A DNA stretch of 35,511 nucleotides, taken from IMG/VR virus record IMGVR_UViG_3300012942_000033, positions 1 to 35,511 of that record; one strand, written 5' to 3'. The stretch comes from a virus (taxonomy: Duplodnaviria > Heunggongvirae > Uroviricota > Caudoviricetes). The notes beneath the pieces are model-generated. The model ran no database searches and was not told where the DNA came from. It saw nothing but the letters and a program-made list of their open reading frames with translations. Shown here in pieces: positions 1 through 7,130 of this stretch (positions are counted from its first letter, which is position 1; each line of letters begins with the position of its first letter). The translations under genes were made by a program, and so were the position numbers.

Positions 1-7
1 CTGGAAT

Positions 8-2491
8 ATGACCTATCCACTACAGTCGCCAGGTACTTCTGTTACCGTCACCGACGAATCCAATTACGCAACGGCTGGTGAAGGCACTGTTCCGCTGATC
101 ATCATCGGCACTCATGAATACAAGGCGCTTCCTTCAGGAACTGGCGTCGCTGAGGGCACCCTGCCTGAGAACGCAAACAAGCTCTACCCAATCACGAGCC
201 AGCGCGAACTCCTCCAGACGTTCGGTAATCCAATCTTCTACACCAAGAACGGCACATCCGTTCATGGCTATGAACTCAATGAGTTTGGTCTTCATGCCGC
301 CTACCAGTATCTTGGTGTCGCGAACCGCGCATTTGTGATTCGCGCTGCGATCGATTACGCCCAGCTTATGCCAACCGCAACAGCACCACGTGGTGAGGCT
401 GCGCAAGGAACTTGCTGGCTTGACACTCTGAACAACACCTGGGGCATTTACGAATGGACCGGTTCACAGTGGGATGATCGCGACCTCTACGTTTTGAATG
501 AACTATCGGATCTAGACCAAAACGCCGCTGAACAGGTTACTGGCCAGAAGATTCCTGATGCCGGCACTGGTGAGGATAATGACCTTGCTATGGTCGTCTT
601 CTACAGCAAGAAGAGCCTATACCAGAAGCTAGGTGGTGCTTGGTATCTAGTTGGTAGTGATGATTGGAAGACTACCAAGGCACAGGGTGGTGCGACACCA
701 AACCTTATCTACAACACCTTTGCTCCAGAGACGAGCACGGTTGGTGACATTCTTGTGAAGATCACCCCTGCTAAATTGTTTGGTGGTATCTCGAGTGCTG
801 CTACCTGGATTTTGAAGACGTTCAATGTCACTACTGGTGCTTGGGATCAGAATCTGGTTCCACTCTACCCTAGCTTCTATGAGAATAGCCTGGCAAAGAC
901 CAGTGGTTCTGTGTTTGTTTCGGTTGGTGCGGATGATGCTCATCCGGCTACTGGAACGATCTCCACAGATTCAGACGGTAACGCGATCTACACGGTAACC
1001 GATCCTGGCACGGCTGTTTTTGAATTCCACACCTACACCAGCTCTTGGGGTGCGTTGGGTGAGGAAGCTGGCCCTGATGAACCAACGAGTGATCCTGATG
1101 AGGGCACTCTCTGGTACAATAACCAGAATATCGTGGTAAACATCAAGGTTTGCGCTCCTGTCAATGGCGTCTCCTCTTGGGTGCCTTACAGCACTCAATA
1201 TCCGGCAACGGATTCCAACGGCGTTCTGCTCCAGGGTAGCGCTCCATCGGTACAATCGGGCGGTGATCCACTAGTCGATAATGACCTCTGGATTGACACC
1301 TCGGATATGGAGAACTTCCCCAAGATGTATCGCCGTACTGGTGGTGCTTGGAAGGCCATTGATGTTGCGAATAACGTCGACCCAGTCAACGGCATCGCGT
1401 TTGGTGAAGAAGCTACGACTTCCGCGTTGGCTTTCCCCACTGGCATGAAACTGTTTGACCTCTCGGCATCGACCAATGATGTCAAGCAATTCACGGGTGG
1501 TCAGTGGACAAATGTCTCGGGTTATGACCTAGATGGTGTTCCATTCTTTGGTCGTAAGGCCCAACGCCAGATGATCGTGAGGGCACTCGCGGCAACAATC
1601 TCTGATAACCAGGATATTCGAGCGGAAACCGTTTACTTCAACCTGCTTGCGGCTCCTGGCTACATTGAGCTCATTGATGAGATGGTCACGCTGAATACTG
1701 ACATGAAGCAGGTTGCTTTCATCGTTGGTGATACGCCGATCCGTTTGGATTCAAGTGGTGCTTCGATTACTCAGTTTGCCAATAATGCCGCTAACGGTAA
1801 TACCGAAGATGGTGTGAGCACTTTCGACTCATATGTTGGTATGTATTACCCTTGGGGTCTAAGCACTAACGTCGATGGTAATGAGGTTATGGTGCCACCA
1901 AGCACTATCGCGCTTCGCACCCTCGCCTACAGTGACTCGGTGAGCTATCCTTGGTTGGCTCCTGCTGGTTTCAACCGCGGTCTTGTTACCAATGCATCGA
2001 GTGTTGGTTACCTCGATAGTGCGGGTGAGTTCAAGGCAGCTATGTTGAATGAGGGTCAGAGAGACATCCTCTACCAGAACAACATCAACCCAATCGCGTA
2101 TATTCCAAACCGCGGTCTGGTTGTATATGGTCAGAAGACTCGCCAGGCAGAGGCAACTTCGCTTGATCGTATCAACGTAGCGCGTCTAATCAATTACCTG
2201 CGTTACAATCTCGATAACATCAGCAAGCCATTCCTCTTCGAGCCAAACGACCTCCACACGCGAGATTCAGCGAAGACGACATTTGAGCGTTTCCTGGCTG
2301 ATCTAGTTGGTCTGCGCGGCCTCTACGACTTTGTTGTGGTTTGTGACGAATCCAACAATACGCCAGAGCGTATTGACCGACACGAGCTTTGGGTGGATAT
2401 TGCTATCCAGCCAGTACAGGCCATCGAGTTCATCTACATTCCAGTTCGCATCGTGGCAACTGGAGATGATCTCGGAACCCTATTCACCTAA
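8..2491 (+). CDS. gp18: Contractile tail sheath protein (T4 gp18-like), 827 aa
   Basis: N-terminal 'LQSPGTSVTVTDES' and 'ITSQRELLQTFGNP'; C-terminal sheath motifs 'PWLAPAGFNRG', 'LYQNNINPI', 'YGQKT', 'LDRINVARL', 'FLFEPND', 'VCDESNNTPERID', 'EFIYIP'. Confidence 0.95.
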   Translation: MTYPLQSPGTSVTVTDESNYATAGEGTVPLIIIGTHEYKALPSGTGVAEGTLPENANKLYPITSQRELLQTFGNPIFYTKNGTSVHGYELNEFGLHAAYQYLGVANRAFVIRAAIDYAQLMPTATAPRGEAAQGTCWLDTLNNTWGIYEWTGSQWDDRDLYVLNELSDLDQNAAEQVTGQKIPDAGTGEDNDLAMVVFYSKKSLYQKLGGAWYLVGSDDWKTTKAQGGATPNLIYNTFAPETSTVGDILVKITPAKLFGGISSAATWILKTFNVTTGAWDQNLVPLYPSFYENSLAKTSGSVFVSVGADDAHPATGTISTDSDGNAIYTVTDPGTAVFEFHTYTSSWGALGEEAGPDEPTSDPDEGTLWYNNQNIVVNIKVCAPVNGVSSWVPYSTQYPATDSNGVLLQGSAPSVQSGGDPLVDNDLWIDTSDMENFPKMYRRTGGAWKAIDVANNVDPVNGIAFGEEATTSALAFPTGMKLFDLSASTNDVKQFTGGQWTNVSGYDLDGVPFFGRKAQRQMIVRALAATISDNQDIRAETVYFNLLAAPGYIELIDEMVTLNTDMKQVAFIVGDTPIRLDSSGASITQFANNAANGNTEDGVSTFDSYVGMYYPWGLSTNVDGNEVMVPPSTIALRTLAYSDSVSYPWLAPAGFNRGLVTNASSVGYLDSAGEFKAAMLNEGQRDILYQNNINPIAYIPNRGLVVYGQKTRQAEATSLDRINVARLINYLRYNLDNISKPFLFEPNDLHTRDSAKTTFERFLADLVGLRGLYDFVVVCDESNNTPERIDRHELWVDIAIQPVQAIEFIYIPVRIVATGDDLGTLFT

Positions 2492-2497
2492 GAAGAA

Positions 2498-2529
2498 CAA
2501 GAGCGGATGGTTCCTACCATCCGCTCTTG
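2498..2529 (+). terminator. Perfect 14-bp hairpin after the sheath stop codon (probable terminator or processing site)
   Basis: CAAGAGCGGATGGT-tcct-ACCATCCGCTCTTG; no immediate U-tract (TTTT about 8 nt downstream). Confidence 0.6.
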
Positions 2530-2543
2530 CCATGACTTTTAGA

Positions 2544-2572
2544 TTGCACTTAGGGCCAGTTTGTCATAAAAC
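2544..2572 (+). promoter_or_regulatory. Candidate sigma70-like promoter for the downstream structured RNA
   Basis: TTGCAC-N17-TAAAAC, enclosed by GCCATGA(2529-35)/TCATGGC(2576-82) inverted repeat; imperfect match. Confidence 0.3.
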
Positions 2573-2577
2573 AGATC

Positions 2578-2940
2578 ATGGCATCGAGGGCTAACGCCCT
2601 GAACCCATAATGTGACCATTGGTGACTGGGCTGTGTGCTGACACATAAAGGTATCTCCGTAGTGGCGTGCGGGATTGGTCATAGCTCTGGAATGAACCAG
2701 ATAAGGTGTGGCGAGGTCCTTTTAGGGTCTCCAGGAGTTTGAAGGTTTCGGCTTTCTAAGGTAACAGGTGCGGGAAGAACTCCCCCGCGTCCCCTTCTAG
2801 GCGTTCGTGTAGGGGGTTAAGTAGATCCGCTGATTCGGCCAGGCTCAGAAGGATCGAATATGGTGAGGAGGCAGGCCCCGGTCATAAGTCCTCAGTGATA
2901 TGGCATCACCCTGTTACCCGATCGGTGAGGTGTTTTCTTT
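2578..2940 (+). ncRNA. Candidate large structured ncRNA (~360 nt), family unknown
   Basis: No credible ORF; more than 10 stems incl. UUCG and UAAC tetraloops; long-range helices 2760-68/2910-18 (9 bp perfect) and 2611-18/2676-83; G-U pairs indicate + strand; ends in T-rich tract. Confidence 0.6.
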
Positions 2941-2966
2941 GACATCCTGTCATCCTGTGTTAAATA
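2939..2966 (+). promoter_or_regulatory. Candidate promoter TTGACA-N16-TAAATA
   Basis: Perfect -35 at 2939-44; TAAATA (2961-66) also matches the late motif seen elsewhere in this window. Confidence 0.5.
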
Positions 2967-2969
2967 GGC

Positions 2970-3272
2970 ATGATGGATAAGGAAATGACTGTGGTAGAAG
3001 CGTTCTACCGTGATGTCTCGGATCTGCTGGGCATCGAAAGCAATTACGAATACAACCCCTACACTCGTGGGGGAACGTATCGAACCCGCTGGAATAACCG
3101 CACGCCTGGCAACGGTCGGTTCGAGGGGTTCGGTTTGATTCGGTTCTTTGGCCCGAATGTGATCCACGTTGTGCTTCACAAACCCGTTCAGATAAACCGT
3201 GTCTACGATAGCACGGAAGCGGTTCTCGATGCGCTGCGAAAAGCAGTTGACACAGAGAACCAGGCGTCTTAA
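2970..3272 (+). CDS. Hypothetical protein, 100 aa (start could be 2973 or 2985)
   Basis: ORF between promoter and Ro60 leader; Arg/Trp/Gly-rich core RTRWNNRTPGNGRFEGFGLIRFFG; no family recognised. Confidence 0.7.
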   Translation: MMDKEMTVVEAFYRDVSDLLGIESNYEYNPYTRGGTYRTRWNNRTPGNGRFEGFGLIRFFGPNVIHVVLHKPVQINRVYDSTEAVLDALRKAVDTENQAS

Positions 3273-3279
3273 TAGGCGC

Positions 3280-3452
3280 TGATCATATCGACCCGTCTGT
3301 TGGTATGATCAAGAGATAACCGTTCATATCTCGAATTCAAAGCTGTGGTTTTGAATCTGAGTGGCCGTCTCCACTCCTTACGATCGATGTCTTCCGGCCC
3401 TAATGTCAGGGGCCAACCTTGCTCATGGGTTTCATGAGCCGAATAAGGAGTG
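3280..3452 (+). promoter_or_regulatory. Structured 5' leader of Ro60: six tandem hairpins plus anti-SD element
   Basis: Hairpins at 3280-3311, 3313-32, 3335-56, 3359-76, 3396-3414, 3421-39; CACTCCTTA (3372-80) is the exact reverse complement of TAAGGAGTG (3444-52, the SD). Confidence 0.75.
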
Positions 3453-3458
3453 ACTACT

Positions 3459-5144
3459 ATGACCAACTACACCAAGACTCTGGCTGGCGTGAATACCCAC
3501 GTGACCACGACCCCTCAGTCGAAGCCCATTGTGGGCCGAGAGGCTGAGATGGCCAAGAATAACGCGGGTGGATTCACCTTCACTATCACGCCCTGGGATC
3601 AGCTGGATCGGTTCCTGATCCTTGGCACCGAGGGTGGAACCTATTACCAGAAGGAGCAGGAGCTTACCGTGCAGAACGCACAGAATGTTCTGCGTCTCAT
3701 CGGGCAGGATGGCGTTCGGGTTGTGAATCGTGTCGTTGAGATCAGCGATGCTGGTCGTGCGGCCAAGAATGATCCTGCGCTCTTTGTGCTCGCAATGGCA
3801 AGTGCGGCTGATGATGAGGCAACGCGTCAGGCGGCTCTAGCAGCTCTGCCGAAGGTTGCTCGTATCGGTACCCATCTGTTCCATTTCGCGGCCTTCGTTG
3901 ATGGTATGCGTGGTTGGGGACGTGCTCTTCGTCGCGCCGTAGCGAACTGGTATCTCGAGATGCCGCTTGACCGTCTGGCCAACCAGGCGATCAAGTATCA
4001 GGCTCGTGATGGTTGGTCGCACCGCGATATGCTGCGTCTGGGCCACCCCAAGACATTTGAGGCAGAGCGTGATGCTATCCTGCGTTGGATGGTCGGTGGT
4101 ATGGATGCCGTGGCATCACAGGAGTATCACCGTGGTTCGACGATCCTTGACAATGAGGTGACTTTGGCCCGTAGCGATGCGACTGACATCCTACACTCGC
4201 AGATCCAGGCATTCGAGGCGGCTAAGAAGGCCACTTCGGCCAAGGATATCATCAAGCTGATCAAGGATGCTGATCTTCCTCGTGAGGCTATTCCAACTCA
4301 GTTCCTCAACGACGCAAAGGTCTGGGAGGCGCTGTTGGCGAATATGCCGCTCGGTGCGATGATCCGTAACCTGGGCAAGATGTCGAGCGTTGGTCTGCTG
4401 ACCTCGATGTCACAGGCGGAGAAGCTCGTTCGGGCTAAGCTGTCGGATGGAGATGTGATCCGCAAGGCACGTCTACACCCTATGGCCATCTTGTCGGCAT
4501 TCCTGACCTACGGTAATGGTCGTGGTGTCAAGGGCAGCAACACTTGGTCTCCAGTTCGCGGTGTTGTGGATGCCTTGGATCAGGCCTTCTATGGTTCGTT
4601 CAAGAACGTGACCCCCACGGGCAAGAACACTATGTTGGCTTTGGATGTTTCGGCATCCATGACCTGGGAGAACTGTGGTGGTGTGCCTGGATTGACTCCT
4701 CGGGTTGGTTCGGCAGCTATGGCTCTGATCACCGCGAATGTCGAGAGCTCCTACGAGTTCGTGGCATTCACGAGTGGTAGTGGCGGCCTGAGCGAGCTCA
4801 AGGTTTCGCCGCGCCAGCGGCTGGATGACGTGGTCAGCACGATCAACCGGCTGTCGATGGGTGGAACGGATTGCGCTCTGCCGATGGTTCATGCGCTTTC
4901 GGCTAAGCTGCCTGTTGAGTCGTTTGCTGTCTACACGGATTCAGAAACGTGGAGTGGTAGGATTCAGCCTTCGGAAGCCTTGAAGAAGTTTCGTGCTTCT
5001 ATGGGTATTCCGGCAAAGTTGGCGGTCGTTGGTATGACTTCTACTGGATTCAGTATCGCCGATCCTCAAGACGCCGGTATGATGGATTTCGTGGGATTTG
5101 ATGCCAGTGCTCCAGCAGTAATGGCTGATTTCTTTCGAGGCTGA
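3459..5144 (+). CDS. rsr: Ro60/Rsr RNA-binding protein (TROVE + vWA domains)
   Basis: TROVE motifs 'NNAGGF', 'LDRFLILGTEGGTYY', 'RIGTHLFHF', 'GWGRALRRAVANWY', 'KYQARDGWSHRDMLRLGHP'; vWA MIDAS 'LALDVSASM', 'GGTDCALP', 'VYTDSETW'; SD AAGGAG 8 nt before ATG 3459. Confidence 0.95.
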   Translation: MTNYTKTLAGVNTHVTTTPQSKPIVGREAEMAKNNAGGFTFTITPWDQLDRFLILGTEGGTYYQKEQELTVQNAQNVLRLIGQDGVRVVNRVVEISDAGRAAKNDPALFVLAMASAADDEATRQAALAALPKVARIGTHLFHFAAFVDGMRGWGRALRRAVANWYLEMPLDRLANQAIKYQARDGWSHRDMLRLGHPKTFEAERDAILRWMVGGMDAVASQEYHRGSTILDNEVTLARSDATDILHSQIQAFEAAKKATSAKDIIKLIKDADLPREAIPTQFLNDAKVWEALLANMPLGAMIRNLGKMSSVGLLTSMSQAEKLVRAKLSDGDVIRKARLHPMAILSAFLTYGNGRGVKGSNTWSPVRGVVDALDQAFYGSFKNVTPTGKNTMLALDVSASMTWENCGGVPGLTPRVGSAAMALITANVESSYEFVAFTSGSGGLSELKVSPRQRLDDVVSTINRLSMGGTDCALPMVHALSAKLPVESFAVYTDSETWSGRIQPSEALKKFRASMGIPAKLAVVGMTSTGFSIADPQDAGMMDFVGFDASAPAVMADFFRG

Positions 5145-5146
5145 AC

Positions 5147-5180
5147 GGATAAGGGAGGCTCCTAAAAGCCTCCCTTATTC
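5147..5180. terminator. Hairpin between convergent rsr and HNH genes (probable bidirectional terminator)
   Basis: GGATAAGGGAGGCT-cctaaa-AGCCTCCCTTATTC, 14 bp with one G-U; overlaps the HNH stop codon. Confidence 0.7.
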
Positions 5181-5872
5181 ATATCTTCATAGAGTTGCAG
5201 GATCGTCTTCCATGAAGACGATCCTTTCTTTATGTTGTCAGTGCTTGATAAGACTTGCAGATTAGACCAATGACCTATAACTTCAGGTTGGATGTCATGA
5301 TCATAACCATCAGCTTTTGAGAAGATGTGATCTAGGTGGTAATCCGAATGTAGGATTTTAAGCCCCTGTGGATCAATAATGTGCTTCATAGCCTTCCAAC
5401 TACGTTCGGTGTATTTCTGCACTTCTCTAACGTACCGTTGGTAATCTGCGAGACTCTCTGGATCATGATAGTGACCATTCATACAGCCAGTGATTCTGGC
5501 CTTTTGACCAGCTAGTTCATATGAACTCAATCCAGTTGTTGGATCTTTAATAGATCTGGTTGATGCTGTCTTCCTAGCCGTTCTTTGGTAGCAATCCAGA
5601 CCATCTTTGATATCGGCTCTTTTGGTTTGCCTCATCTTCTTAGCTGATTTCAGGTAGCCATCTCCCCCTCTGGATTTAGCATTCTTCTGACTAGTGCGTT
5701 GAAAGATCGTCAGACCATCATCACCAATTTGGTTCATAGTAGCTATTCGAGACCTTTGACGGCGGCCAATAACTGCTGGACAGGATGATTGATGCTTTGA
5801 GCAACACCAGAGACCTGATTTGAATTGGTGAATAGCTGTTTGGTTACAACCGTAATCACAGGTAGTCATCAT
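5162..5872 (-). CDS. Free-standing HNH (His-Me finger) homing-endonuclease-like protein, 236 aa
   Basis: C-terminal 'YHLDHIFSK...HWSNLQVLSSTDNIKKG'; N-terminal Cys cluster CDYGC/CCSKHQSSCP; helical internal repeats; antisense to neighbours. Confidence 0.8.
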   Translation of the reverse strand: MMTTCDYGCNQTAIHQFKSGLWCCSKHQSSCPAVIGRRQRSRIATMNQIGDDGLTIFQRTSQKNAKSRGGDGYLKSAKKMRQTKRADIKDGLDCYQRTARKTASTRSIKDPTTGLSSYELAGQKARITGCMNGHYHDPESLADYQRYVREVQKYTERSWKAMKHIIDPQGLKILHSDYHLDHIFSKADGYDHDIQPEVIGHWSNLQVLSSTDNIKKGSSSWKTILQLYEDMNKGGF

Positions 5873-5900
5873 TCTAATCCTTTAATTTGTCACCTATATA

Positions 5901-5930
5901 TTGAAGCCTCCTTGTTGATTTTGCTATAAG
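5901..5930 (+). promoter_or_regulatory. Candidate promoter TTGAAG-N18-TATAAG
   Basis: Upstream of SD GGAGG (5937-41) and ATG 5948; same 18-nt spacing as five other sites in the window. Confidence 0.45.
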
Positions 5931-5947
5931 TTTTCAGGAGGTAACCC

Positions 5948-6364
5948 ATGTCTGAATTGTATATTGTGCCAAGAGGCAATGAAGTTCTCAAGTTCATGTC
6001 AACTATGGATAAGAACCTGGAAGACTACCACCGCTGGAAAGAATTATTTCAGAGCCTACAGGATGAAATTAAAACACGACATCCTTTTGAGATTAGCGGT
6101 GATGCTAAAGTAGCCAAGATTGTTTGGACCTCGTTCAACAAAAAGGATACCCAAGTGATTCTGAATGTTGAGCATAAGGGTTCAACAAGTTCGAGGTATT
6201 GGTTTGAGGTGATTGATCCTCTTTCATTTAGCCCTGAAAGGTTACCAGATTCCTATAGCAATGATGAAGTATATAATACTATCAATGCTTGGGGTTACGA
6301 TAAGAAGGTATTCAATACACAGGTAGCTAAAGACACTGAGAAACTTCTCCAAAAGTATCTATAA
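5948..6364 (+). CDS. Hypothetical protein, 138 aa
   Basis: Strong SD GGAGG then ATG; no family recognised. Confidence 0.8.
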   Translation: MSELYIVPRGNEVLKFMSTMDKNLEDYHRWKELFQSLQDEIKTRHPFEISGDAKVAKIVWTSFNKKDTQVILNVEHKGSTSSRYWFEVIDPLSFSPERLPDSYSNDEVYNTINAWGYDKKVFNTQVAKDTEKLLQKYL

Positions 6365-6422
6365 CCGTTCGTTACGGCTATCATGGCAGACTTCTTCCGC
6401 AACTAAGACACTCTAACTGGAT

Positions 6423-6449
6423 GTGGCGGGTTCCGAACGGGCCCGCCAC
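6423..6449 (+). terminator. GC-rich 11-bp hairpin upstream of the tail tube gene
   Basis: GTGGCGGGTTC-cgaac-GGGCCCGCCAC; weak T-tail, so function uncertain. Confidence 0.4.
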
Positions 6450-6493
6450 TTCCATGACTGGCCAACGAATTAACTGTGCGGTTTTGACATCCA

Positions 6494-6501
6494 GATAAAT
6501 A
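6494..6501 (+). promoter_or_regulatory. T4-like late promoter (GATAAATA)
   Basis: TAAATA core 35 nt before the tube ATG; similar to T4 TATAAATA; recurs before other structural genes. Confidence 0.65.
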
Positions 6502-6535
6502 ACTGAACAACAGTTCAATCTGGAGGATCGAACCC

Positions 6536-7120
6536 ATGGTCGAAACACTCTCGAAGTTCGGCGTACCACTTGGCGGTGGCCAAGGTCGCGGTGGCCTACT
6601 TCAGCTCAAATACAAGTATCGCTACCGCGTTCGTGTGGTGAATTTCGGCCCGATCTCAGGTGGTCTGGATTTCACTCAGCAGGTTCAGACAGCGACCAAG
6701 CCAAAGATCTCACATGAACCAGTCAAGGTTGATAGCTATAACAGCGTCGCCTACTATGCTGGTAAGCATGAGTGGGACACTGTCACTATCACGCTTAAGG
6801 ATGATCTGACCAACAATGTCAGTAAGCTCGTTGGTCACCAGCTACAGAAGCAGCTCAACCACTTCGAACAGACGGCCTTTGCGGCTGGTATCAACTACAA
6901 GTTCGTAACCATTATCGAAACGATGGATGGTGGTAACGATACTGTGATTGATACCTGGACCCTCGAGGGTTGCTTCCTAAGCAATGTGGAATTCAGTGAA
7001 TTGGATTACGCTGAGAGTTCGTTCCAGACGATCTCGCTGACGGTTCGCTATGATAACGCTACCCTGGGCGATGGTCTCATGGCCACCAACCCAGAGATGA
7101 TTCCTGGCACTCGCCTATAA
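6536..7120 (+). CDS. gp19: Tail tube protein (gp19-like), 194 aa
   Basis: 'KYRYRV', 'YYAGKHEWDTVTITLKDD', 'WTLEGCF...ELDY', 'ISLTVRYDNA'; SD GGAGGA. Confidence 0.9.
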   Translation: MVETLSKFGVPLGGGQGRGGLLQLKYKYRYRVRVVNFGPISGGLDFTQQVQTATKPKISHEPVKVDSYNSVAYYAGKHEWDTVTITLKDDLTNNVSKLVGHQLQKQLNHFEQTAFAAGINYKFVTIIETMDGGNDTVIDTWTLEGCFLSNVEFSELDYAESSFQTISLTVRYDNATLGDGLMATNPEMIPGTRL

Positions 7121-7130
7121 GGCTTGAGTT

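Noticed and set aside
2541-2630. Pistol-ribozyme resemblance (UUAGGGC loop able to pair with GCCCUGA; AAA linker)
   Set aside because: The essential GCG after the pseudoknot strand is absent (ACC here), and GCCCU is better used in the local UAAC hairpin
2839-2860. SRP RNA helix-8-like CCAGG...GAAGG
   Set aside because: Lacks the GNRA-capped UCC/GGA stem and the following AGCA
2769-2891. Group I intron-like P/Q/R/S fragments in order (UGCGGGAA, AUCCGC, GCUCAGA, UAAGUCC)
   Set aside because: No convincing P3, canonical P7 G-binding site or interrupted exon; kept only as something for a covariance-model search to test
2578-2907. 8-bp direct repeat ATGGCATC flanking the RNA (possible target-site duplication)
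   Set aside because: Too short to distinguish from chance, and no transposase or terminal inverted repeats
3280-3439. Mini CRISPR array
   Set aside because: Stems are not sequence repeats and there are no spacers; only loop motifs recur
2578-3452. Canonical Y RNA/YrlA or tRNA
   Set aside because: No GGUCCGA/UUGAC Ro-binding helix and no GUUCRANYC T-arm found on either strand
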